Below, piece after piece: positions 10,285 to 33,807 of a stretch of 64,000 nucleotides of DNA. How positions within the stretch are numbered: the stretch's first letter is position 1; each line of letters starts with the position of its first letter. A program made the translations under genes and the position numbers. Under the pieces are notes generated by a model. The model had not been told where the DNA came from and made no database searches. It saw only the letters and a program-made list of their open reading frames with translations. Origin of the DNA: Chrysemys picta bellii (Eukaryota); contig NC_088802.1 in the NCBI RefSeq assembly GCF_011386835.1, positions 744,001 through 808,000 of the forward strand. Direction: 5' to 3'.

Positions 10285-11460
10285 GGGTGACACCTGCAGA
10301 CGCACAGCAGCCCCAGGGGCCTCATGCTGTCAACCGGAGAGAGATGCTTGGGAGACTCCTAGCAAAATCACCACGTCACCCCTCCGTAAGCAACTACTCA
10401 ACTCCAGGGCAAGCGGTCTTTGCCAGGGGACTAGTTCTGACAATTCCCTGGGGGGCCAGATGCGGGGGGGGGGGGGGTGTCACCCTGTCAGAATGCCCTG
10501 AGCTGACACATCAGGGTCATGTCGCCTGACAGCGTCTCCTGTCAGCGTCATGGGCAGGAGGTCCTGTGTGGGGGATTCCCCAGGCTGTGGGGACACTCTC
10601 TGATGCCAAGGATAAAGGGTTAGGAGCGTAATTCCCAGGAGGACAGGGCGGGGGTCACTCCCCCTTTCCCACCCAGGGGACACGAGTGGCACACACAGAG
10701 GGGTCCATCTGTCACAGAGTGTGGGGGGACACAAGGCCCTGCACCCCCGGCTTCCTGCGATTCACCATGACTCTCAGCCAGCCAGTAAAGCAGAAGGTTT
10801 ATTTAGACGACAGGAACACAGTCCAAGACAGGTCTTGCAGGCACAGACAACAGGACTCCCGCCCCCTCCCCGAATTAGGTGCATCTTGGGGTCCCAGGGC
10901 ACCATAGCCCCCTTGTGAGATCAGAGCCCCGTCTGCTTCCCAGCCATTCCACCAGCCAGCTCTGAAACTCTCTCCCCAGACTTTGTTCAGTTTCCCGGGC
11001 CAAGGTGTCACCTGGCCTCTAACCCCTTCCTGGGTTCTCATGTTACATGCTCAGGTATTCTCCCTCGGCCAGTCTCCCATCCCCCAATGCAGACTATCCC
11101 AGCCACACTCCCCTGTCAGCATTCACACACCACAGTAAGAACAGTCCCAGTTCGTCACACCATCTGTTCCAGTGCTGCACCACCCCACAGAGCCGTGTCG
11201 CCAACTCACCACCCTGCCCCACACCCTCTGCCTGGAGAGAGCCGGGAGCCAGCTGCTCCCCCCGTTACTCAGCAATGGCCGAGGGGGGTCACGGGTTCGG
11301 TCATCGCACCAGGCGAGCGACTGCGCAGGCAGAGCAGTGGACGCTGCTGGGTAGAAACCCCCAGTCCCAGGCACATGGCACACGGGCGACCCATGGCTGG
11401 GGACCCACAGGGACAGCACGTGACTGTCCAGGTTTAGCATAAAGGCTCGAGTGAGCGACA
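10285..11460. mobile_element. LTR-like repeat shared with 25351-26310, interrupted by a younger LTR
   Basis: About 600 bp of near-identical sequence with 25524-26110 (GTGACACCTGCAGA...CAGCAATGG). Confidence 0.65.
10710..11159 (-). mobile_element. Solo LTR (450 bp)
   Basis: TGTCACA...CGTCACA termini; exact TSD CCATC (10705-10709, 11160-11164); the empty site is seen in the sister repeat near 25985. Strand inferred from AATAAA on the minus strand. Confidence 0.88.
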
Positions 11461-11930
11461 AACCAACGTGTTCTAACAGTTAGGAATGAAATGGAATCAA
11501 CGTGTCCCAATCCCCAGCCCCATGGCCAGCCAGTGCCCCGTCCCAGGGCTGGAGTGGAGTCAACGCTCACTGGGGGGAAAGGCCCCATGGGCCAGTGCCC
11601 CCCACCCTGGGCTGTACAGACCCAGCTAAGAGCAGGGCTGTGCTGTGCCGGGCGCTGCCCACACCCACAGGCTCTGCCCACAGGAGCCGGAGGACAGGAG
11701 AAAGGTGGGATTGCCTCCCCCCCCCGTTACAGCAGGGAACGGAGCCCCGGGGGGGGGGGGGAGGGGGGATTTACCCCACTGCACAGCCCTGGCTCCCAGC
11801 CACCCCTGCTCAGTGCTGCCCCCTTGTGGTGGTCTCCCTCTTTACACACAAGCCAGCAGATGGGACGGCTGTAGGAAACCCTGGGCTGCAGTGGTAAGAA
11901 CATGTTTGCAGACACCCCGCGACTGTTCTT

Positions 11931-12200
11931 AGGGCGCAGGTAGAGATCGATCGTCTGGGATCGATTCATCACATCTCATCTGGACGCGATCGATCGATCC
12001 CAGAAGCGCTCCCCGGTCGACTGCGGAACTCCTGCTCGCCGAGAGGAGGAAGCGCTGTCGACGGGGGAGCCTGACTGCGCCGCATGGACCCGCAGTAAGT
12101 AAACTTAGTTCGATCTAGGAAACGTCGACTTCAGCTACGCTAGTCTCGTAACTGAAGTTGCGTTTCCTAGATCAATCCCCCGCCTGTGTAGACCTGCCCT
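11931..12200. mobile_element. Palindromic MITE (PIF/Harbinger-like), left end degraded
   Basis: Right end GTGTAGACCTGCCCT plus TTA-like flanks; internal inverted repeat ATCTAGGAAACG...CGTTTCCTAGAT. Confidence 0.5.
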
Positions 12201-12523
12201 TAGTTACGGCAACTTTCCCCCCCCTTGGGTGCTGCTGCCAGGCCAGGCCTGGACCAAATTCATGCTGAGCGACCAGCTCCGCCAGCCGGAACCCGCTGCC
12301 GACAGCGCCGGGATCCCAAGGGCAAAGGAGGCTGTACCGAGAACGTGGGGCGACGGAGCTAAAATCCCCTCTCCTGGGCACCGCAGCGGAGTCGGTGTGG
12401 GGCCGACAGACGAGTTCTCCAGTGACCTCGCTCCCACCCATTGGAGGTGGATTTAGCGATGGCAGAACCTGCCCCCCAGGGCGTGTCTATAGGACAATGC
12501 TGCCCCTGGGCGTGTTTCTAGTG

Positions 12524-12672
12524 CAGAATCACAGAATCTCAGGAGGGGTCTAGTCCAACCCCCTGCTCAAAGCAGGACCAACCCCAACTAAATCATCCCA
12601 GCCAGGGCTTTGTCAAGCTGGGCCTTAAAAACCTCTAAGGAAGGATATTCCACCACCTCCCTAGGGAACCGG
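12524..12672 (-). mobile_element. CR1 3' end fragment
   Basis: CAGAATCACAGAAT tail and GGTCTAGTCCAACCCCCTGCTCAAAGCAGG, the reverse complement of the CR1 3' end at about 36680-36740. Confidence 0.75.
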
Positions 12673-13385
12673 ATCAAGGGCTTCCCCACCCGCCCAGTGA
12701 CATGGCCCTTGCCTGCCCCATGAGCACGGCCCTGACCCAATCCTGGCTGGGACCCAGCACCGCTCTCAGGAAACCGTGCCAGCCTGATCTAACCCTAGCC
12801 AAGCTAAAGCATCCACTCCCCCCCCCCCACAAGAAGCTGTTCCTGGGGTTCATTGCCCTCATGTCAGGGGGTGGGGGGGGACCTGCCCTGTGGGGGGTGC
12901 TGGGAGGGGCAGGTTTGGGACTCCCCACTGGCACTACTGCCCCAGTCTGTAAGCCTCAGCAGGGGGATGTGGCAGCACCGGCTCTGAAGCCGAAACGGGG
13001 GCTAGAGCCCCCACCTCCATCCCTGGCCACAGAACCCCCTTGAACACCCCATGCCAGGGGCCAGGCAGCTGGGAAGAGATGGGATGTGCTGGGAGACCCC
13101 AACACTGGAAGGGGGGTCCCCAACCCCCAGCATTTCTGGCTAGCCCCGTTCCCAGCTCTCCCCCCCCCGGTTCTCATCCCAGCTCCGTCTAGGGGGGGTG
13201 GAGGGGGACGGGGTCAGTGATTCAGGACTCCGGAGTTCCACCCCCAGGTCAGCAAGTGGGGGTGTCTAGGATCCCATCCCATGTCTGCCACTGGCCGGGT
13301 GACCACGTTCCCAGGCCCAGCGGGCACCGAGGAACGAGGCCGGGGCAGAGACCCGCAGAGAGAACAGGACTCCAATAATATTTTC

Positions 13386-13391
13386 TTTATT
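13386..13391 (-). promoter_or_regulatory. BRD2 polyadenylation signal (AATAAA)
   Basis: TTTATT on the plus strand, about 780 nt downstream of the BRD2 stop. Confidence 0.6.
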
Positions 13392-14171
13392 TACATGTTC
13401 CAGGCTGGAAAGGTCTGAACAGGGGAGCCCGCCCTCGGGGTCTGACGGGGCGGGCAGGGGACGGGGAGGGAAAAGGAAGGAGTAGAAAACAATTGTACAG
13501 TCAACATAAAAAACAGCCCCCCTCCCCGCCCCCCCGGTAAGGAGCATGCTGCCTGGGCCGTGCCCCTGGCGGGCTCTGTACACTGCAGTCCTGGAGCCGG
13601 GCGGGCGACACCCGTCTCTGCAGGGCCCCGCGGCCCAACCGCTGCTCAAATAAATAAACCCTCCCCGGAGAAGGGGACGAGGCCGCCAGCGGGACATGAG
13701 ATGGGGGGGGCCGGCAATGCAGCCCATAGCACATGACGGGCTTGCGGCTTCCGTCTGTCGGGCCAGGCCCCCCAAAACCCCCAGCCCCACCCCCCAAGAG
13801 CAAATCCAAACGTGGAGACTTCCAAACCCTTTAAAACCCAAACTCTGCCCTGGGAAAAGCTCCCATGCGTCAGAACCAAACCAAACGGTAAAACCTGGCT
13901 GGGGTCGCGCCGGGGCCTGCACAGGCTGTGCCCGGCAGGGGCCTCTGCGCCAACAACCCCCGGGGCCTCCGAACTCTAAACACTGGGGCAGTGCCCATGT
14001 CCGTGAGGGGGCAGTCACTGGCGCCCTCCCTCGCCTTGGGGGCGCTGCCTGCCGGGTGGAGCCGCTCAGTCCGGTTCACATGGGGTCCGGTCCCGCAGAG
14101 CCTCTTCTGAACCTGCCCACGCTTCCATCCGGCCGCGATGCCGCCCGCCCACTGCCATCGCCACCACCGCT

Positions 14172-27394
<13,223 letters not shown>

Positions 27395-28228
27395 GCCTGC
27401 AGCGGCTGCTTTCCAGGGTCTCTCCCCCAAGAGTCCACCTCCTCCTCCTCCTCCTGATGCTGGGGCCTCGGCTGACCCCCCCACTTTGCCAGGATGCGGG
27501 GGAGGCGCGCTAGTGACACATGCTGTTCCCGCGCCGCGGGGTGCAGGGCTGCCCGCTGCCGAGCATCACCGGCGGAGGACGGACGGGGGGCGGGCGGCTC
27601 CCCCCAACACACGGGGGGGGCGCTAGGGGAGGGGGACGAGCCTGGCACCCCCTCCCCTCCCCGCCAGCGGGCTAGAACCAGGCGCAGGGGCTCAGGCTAG
27701 CAGCGGCCGGGGGCCGGGCCCATGCACAGCAGCGGGGCCGATGGTCTCCAGCGAGGCGCGCGCGGACCCCAGCACCATTCACCGGGTTTACATGAATGGA
27801 AGCAAAGAAAATGGCGGCGGCGGCTGAAGGGCGGGGGGATGCCGGGTGGGGGGCCCCCTCTTCGGAGCCCCCGACGGGCTCCAAATCCTGCCGGGCTCCG
27901 GTCAATATAGGGCTCGCTGGGTCCCCCGGCGCCTCCTCTGCCCGTAGAGGCCGGTCCCCGGAAGGATGGTCCCCGTCAGGGAGGCGGATGGCACTGGATT
28001 GTACTGGGATCACTGGCCCGGCTCCATCTTGGCCGCCAGGGGGATGGGGCGTTCTGCGAGGGCCCTCGAGGCCGCAGGCAGGGGTCTCTACGGAAGCCGG
28101 TGAGGTCCTGCGAGCCCGTCGGTAAAGCGGAGGCGGGGGTTGGGGGCTGCCCGGCGGAGGATGGATCCGGATTGAGTCCGCCCCCTTCACAGACCAGGCC
28201 TCGACCAGCTCCTTCCTCCGCTTCGGCG

Positions 28229-28352
28229 AAATGGCGCCTCTCGGCCTGTCCCCGGTCGGCCTTATATAGACAGCGGCTTACCTCTGATTGGATGGCGACA
28301 GATGTGACATCACCCCGCCATCCGGGCTCGCCCCTTCGCCGGCTCATTGGGC
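28229..28352 (-). promoter_or_regulatory. Proximal BRD2 promoter in a CpG island (about 27500-28800)
   Basis: On the minus strand: CCAAT boxes (28344-28351, 28284-28291), TATATAAG (28261-28268), then GCGCCATTT (YY1-like) near 28230; CpG-dense. Confidence 0.65.
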
Positions 28353-28959
28353 GGAACCTTGCCAGACGCCGCGTTCTGATGGGCCTCCATAACCATCAGT
28401 CACATACCCCCTCTTCCCCGCCCCCTCGTGAGGCGCTCGAGCCGCCAGCCTAGGCGGCGCGCGCTGCCATTGGCCAGCGCTGCCATTCGTTGCAGACTAA
28501 CTGGCTGCCGAGTCACGTGGGGGCGGGGCGACCGTTGGAACTGGCAGTTGGATGTTGTTGTTCTGCTCCCCGCGGGGGAGGGGGAGAGGAGGGAAGCGCC
28601 ATTTTGAGCTGCAGCAGGGAAGAGGGCGGACAATAAAGCGGCTGCTCCCTTCAGACGGCCCCTGCGCCGCCCCACTGCCTGCAAGGCCCCCGCGCTGCCG
28701 CCAGTGCGCCCCACAGGCACAGCGAACCGCTCCAAAAGTCCTGTCACAAAGTGCCCCCCAACTCACGCCACCCCCCAGCCTGGGCCCAGACACGGACATC
28801 CCCAGCGCCCCTCGCCGCAAGAGACGGGGAAAGGCCCCACCGACCTGCCAGAAACCTGCCTGGCGCCCCCCAAAACTAACCTGGCACTTGTGCCAACTCC
28901 TGGCGCTCAGTCCAGCCTCTGCTCAGACCCTAACACCACCGTCCCCCCATCCCAGCCGT

Positions 28960-29750
28960 ACCGCAAACATGGGTACCCGAAATCCCGCCAGAAACGCATC
29001 CCTATGCCCCCCACAATGCCAACATCTCCCCCCCATCCTGCTCTCATACCAACCCCCATACCAACCCCATCGGCACAGACGTCAACAGCACCGTCCCCTC
29101 CAATCCCAGCCATACCCCAAACATGGGTACCCGAAATCCCGCCAGAAACGCATCCCTATGCCCCCCACAATGCCAACATCTCCCCCCCATCCTGCTCTCA
29201 TACCAACCCCATCGGCACAGACGTCAACAGCACCGTCCCCTCCAATCCCAGCCGTACCCCAAACATGGGTACCCGAAATCCCGCCAGAAACGCATCCCTA
29301 TGCCCCCCACAATGCCAACATCTCCCCCCCCATCCTGCTCTCATACCAACCCCATCGGCACAGACGTCAACAGCACCGTCCCCTCCAATCCCAGCCATAC
29401 CCCACATACACAGTTAATCCCCCCCAAACATGGGGGTACCCAACTTCCCACCAGAAACGCATCCCTATGCCCCCGCCCATTCTCACACAACCCTCCTCAC
29501 TCACGTCAACCCCTCTCCAGCCCCCACAACGCAAGTCAACAGCATCATCCCCTCCAATCCCAGCCATACCCCACATACGCAGTTAATCCCCCGCAGAAAT
29601 GGGGGGTACCCAAATTCCCGCCAGAAACGCATCCCTATCCTCCCCACAATGCTAACATTTAACTCCCTCCCCCATCCTGCCTTCACGCCAACCCCTCTCC
29701 AGCCTCTCCATCAGCACAGATGTCAATAGCACCGTCCCCTTCAATCCCAC
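28960..29750. repeat. Degenerate minisatellite, about 140-160 bp unit, about 5 copies
   Basis: CCGCCAGAAACGCATCCCTAT recurs; later units diverge. Confidence 0.85.
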
Positions 29751-30189
29751 CAAACCCCGATAAAACACGGACGTCACCAAAAATACTGTCAGAAAACTAC
29801 TCCAATCCCCCTGTGGCACTACCACCTCCACCTCCCGCCCGGCACTCACGGCAACCCTCGCCTACAACGCCCCCCCCCCCGCCCCCCGAGCACAGACACC
29901 ACCACCGTTCCCGTGTACCACAGAACGCAAACAGAAACCCCACAGGAATTCCTGTCTCCACACCCGACACCCCTTCTGAGCTGAGCCCCCCACAGCGTGG
30001 ATGCTAATGGCGCCATTCCCCCCCACACACACAACGACCACCACCTTATGCTACAGCACCTTTCACACCGTAGGACCAGCTCAGCTCAGGGACACGGAAC
30101 CCCGTTAGGGAGCGGGCTTGGCTCCCCAAAAGGGTTAAACGTCCCCACACAGGGGGCAGATGTGGGGTTTCTAGAGTCATCCCCCCGCA

Positions 30190-30272
30190 AATAAATGTGT
30201 TAGTCTCTAAGGTGCCACAAGGACTCCTGTTCTTTTTGCGGATACAGACTAACACGGCTGCTATTCTGAAAC
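30190..30272 (+). mobile_element. Penelope-type tail fragment (no hammerhead core retained)
   Basis: AAATAAATGTGTTAGTCTCTAAGGTGCCAC...GATACAGACTAACACGGCTG, matching the copies at about 7800, 9430 and 36790. Confidence 0.75.
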
Positions 30273-30420
30273 CCCCCCCTAAAGTGACTAGCAAAAGTAA
30301 GTGAACAGGGCTTCTCCCAAAACACAAAGGAACGCCGATGGAACTAAAGGGTTTCGGCCTAGAAACATGTTTCGTTCTCTCTCTCCCCTCTGTTGTCAGG
30401 CTGTCTCCAAGGTGCAGGCA

Positions 30421-30468
30421 GCCGCCATCTTGGCAGCTCCCCCCTCCCTCCGCCTCCCCTTTAATATA
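30421..30468 (-). promoter_or_regulatory. Candidate middle BRD2 promoter (TATA-like plus YY1)
   Basis: Minus strand TATATTAA (30461-30468), then CCAAGATGGCGGC (30421-30433) about 28 nt downstream. Confidence 0.45.
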
Positions 30469-31779
30469 GGCAGCAAATCTCCTCCCGAAAGCTCTCCGGA
30501 GGGCGGGGAAAGGAGAACGATTACGGGGTAACTTGAGGGGGCGTCTGGTGGTTTTTCACCCCCCTTTTCCTCAAGGCGGGCGTGGGCTCCCTCCCTCTTC
30601 TCTGCCCGTCCGTCCCCGCCCCTCCCTGTCTCTCCACATTTCATCCTCCCTGATTCAGTGAGATGGAAATTCCCCGCTCACGCCTCGGTCCAGAGCTGAC
30701 CCCCCAGAAGGGAAGGTGGTGGCGTGGGGGGGAAGGGGGATCAGTGATCTCAGAACGGGGAGTTAGTGCCACACATGGTGGGGAGGCGGATCCCACCCTT
30801 CAGGTCTGTCTGCAGCAGCCATTTTAGATGGAAAGCCCTAGTTGCGTTAGCGCAGATCCCAGGCCTGATGCCCTAATAACCCCCTGAAAGGATCAGGCGC
30901 TCCCCTCCAGGGTGGTAACAGAGGCAGACAGTGAGGTACATGAGTCATTTCAGCCCCTGAAGTCACCAGGTCTTTGTGCTAGGCGGTCCCACCCCCTGGT
31001 GCAGGGCCCGCTCCCTCCTACAGCCGTGACACAGCATTTTCACTGCCTCGCTCCTGCTGCCGCATGATTCGCACCAGGAAATAAGTGAGATATATTATAC
31101 TGGAAACTGCTTTGCCGCCTTAACTGCAGTGAGCACTCCTGCAGGGATAGACGTGGATTGGGGGGGTGATCCTAGGGATTTGGGGGTGTTTAACCCCATT
31201 ACTATCCCCTCTAAACACCCCCCTTGCTCTGCAGGGGGTGAAGAGCTGGGAAGGCCCAGGCAGATTTGAACCTCATTTTTCCTGGTTGTTTTCATTCAAC
31301 CCAGTGATTTCATACGGGTGCTTTGTGCTAATATTTGGTTTTAAGTATCTCTGATAGTTGGCACCAGCTCTCCGCCCGTCTCTCACTCACAGCAAATCCT
31401 GTCTGGGTCACCCCCATGGCTGCTTATCCGAGGGGCAAATACCCCCTTTGCCCAAGGTCAGCAACAGACCCTGGGCCAAGGTGAAACCAGCCCCCCTCTG
31501 GTAACTGCGCTGCCCCTACCCCGGGTGAAACCCAGATCCCAAGCTAAGAGAACGCCGGTCCCACAGAACCCCTGCCGCAAATCCTGAGCTACAGGGACAC
31601 CCCATTCGCCTTCCCCGCAAGGACTCCCCTACTCCTAGTGACCCCCACTCCAGGGATCCTACCCAGGGTCCCATTGCCCCCCTTCCCCATAGGGATCCCC
31701 ACCCTTAGCTCCTTCAGCCTCCTCTCCACAGCGACCCCTCAGCCCTCCTCGCCCTGACTGACACTGGCTCTCACTTCCC

Positions 31780-32130
31780 CCTTCCCCCCAGTGACCCCCA
31801 CTCCAGGGAGCTCTCCCCAGCCAACAACCTCTAGGCCCTGACCAGCCGCCCCCCCAGGCTTTCACTCCCCCCCCCAGTGACCCCCACCCCAGGGACCTCT
31901 CCCCACCCCCTTGCCCTGACCGCCCCCCCAGGCTCTCGCTGCCCCCTTCCCCCCAGTGACCCCCACCCCAGGGACCTCTCCCCACCCCCTTGCCCTGACC
32001 ACACCCCTAGGCTTTCGCTGCCCCTTTCCCCCCAGTGACCCCCACCCCAGGGACCTCTCCCCACCCCCTTGCCCTGACCGCCCCCCCAGGCTCTCGCTGC
32101 CCCCTTCCCCCCAGTGACCCCCACCCCTGT
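31780..32130. repeat. C-rich minisatellite, about 75-bp unit, about 5 copies
   Basis: CCCAGTGACCCCCAC(C/T)CCAGGGA recurs. Confidence 0.85.
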
Positions 32131-32299
32131 CATACCTGGCCCCAGGAATCCCCAGCCCCCCAAGTGCCTGTCCTCAGCCCCACCCCAGTTTCCCCCAATT
32201 ATTAAGACATATGCTAATTTTTGCTAATTACCCCTCTAGACTGTTCGTTACAGAACCTTACACCCCCCCCCCCCAGTTCGGCCCCACACAATGGTGGCG

Positions 32300-33050
32300 T
32301 CCCCCACCCCCACTAGCAGACCACGTGACCCATCGATCGGCGCGAGGCCCTCTGCGCTCGTCAACCTCCGCCATCCTCGGCCCCGATTGGCGGGTGACCA
32401 GCAAGAAGGCGGGCACACAATTGATTGACAGCTCCGCACGCCACGTGGCTCTCCCCCCCCCCGCCGTTAAAGGCACACGAAGCACTCACCGCATGGGCTG
32501 CCGGGGGGGCGGCAAAGCCCCGGCCCGGGGTGCGGGGTCCCATCTCCTCGGCCCCCGGCGGAGCCCGGCCGTAATCCCCGCGGCGCCCCGCCCGGGCGGG
32601 GGCCCAACACATCCCGGGGCGGAGGGAGCCGCCGCCTACGTCACCGCCGCGCTGATTGGCTCCCCGCCCTCACGTGATGCGCCAACTCGCTCTTCCCCCC
32701 CCCTCGGGGGCCGATCCCCCCCGCTCGGTGCCGGGAAAGCCGCTGGGGGTCCGCGCGCCGGCCGGGCACGAGAACCAGAGCCCGCGGGGGGGGGCCCTTC
32801 CCGCCAGGCCCCCCCGGGCTCCTGCTTTGGGTTAATGTCAGCATGGCGGCGGCACAATGAGCCCAGTGCGCATGCGCGGGGAGGGGCGCACGCGCGTTGG
32901 CCTCTCGCTGCAGACCCGACACCCCCTCCAGGGCTGGGCAGGGCCGGCCGCGAGCTGCTGCGGGCGGGGGAGGGGCGGCACCGCTCTGCAGCGCCCGGGG
33001 GAGCGTGCAGCGTCTCGTGCACGTGACTGCAGTGCTGACAGGGGTGCAGT
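32300..33050 (-). promoter_or_regulatory. CpG-island promoter, candidate distal BRD2 promoter with a non-coding first exon
   Basis: Minus strand order: NRF1 GCGCATGCGCA (32867-32877), E-box CACGTG (32671-32676), GC box, CCAAT (32652-32659), TGACGT (32638-32643), then a donor CG|GTGAGT at 32489. Confidence 0.55.
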
Positions 33051-33807
33051 GTCCCTGGGGCGAGCAACGCGAGCAAGGGCGCGTTTGGCACTGCACGGGC
33101 AGCTACAGTCACGAGGCAGTGGGAATTGGGCAGTGCGAAGGAAGCGGTGCAGGCAACCGCCTGCAGTGTGCAACGGGACACCCCTGCAGGGGGGCGCGTG
33201 CGAGGAAGTGAGGGAGCATGCAGTGTGCGGCAGACACCCACACTACGGACTGGCAGGCTACCGACAGCAATAACCCCGCGCTGCGTGCAGCAGTGCGCAG
33301 GAAAATAGTGCAGCGGGCATGCAGCATTTGCGCTACACCATTGAAAAGTGCAAAGCAGGACAATGCATTGCAGGATTTCCATTTGCACACTAATTAATAG
33401 TGCAAAGCACTGATGCTATGGAGTTGGAAATTCAGCACGTGCAAAGCAAGAAGAATACGGCATGAAGTGGTGGAAGGCAAACTTAGAAGGAATTTTACAT
33501 GGTCCTAGTCCTGCCAACACTTAAGCAAGCGGATGGTTTTACTCACACAGGTAGTACAGTGGAATGATTCTAGTGCTTAGAGTTAAACATGTTGTGATGC
33601 AAGGCCAGAAACGGTTAAGCATCCTGCAGGATACATGACCCAAATTCAACCCTTAGAGACGTTTTGGTAGATATGTTTGTGTTTTGTGTGATTCCATGTA
33701 TCTTGTTAGAGGTTAACAATGTAATCAGACAGTCCCTGTCTACGCTGTATTCTCTTAAATCAGAGAGCAAACGAAATATTCACATTTAAATCCACTGTAC
33801 ACATAGT

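Noticed and set aside
28552-29729. Pro/His-rich ORFs up to 344 aa
   Set aside because: They span the BRD2 CpG island and the about 150-bp minisatellite; no coding signature.
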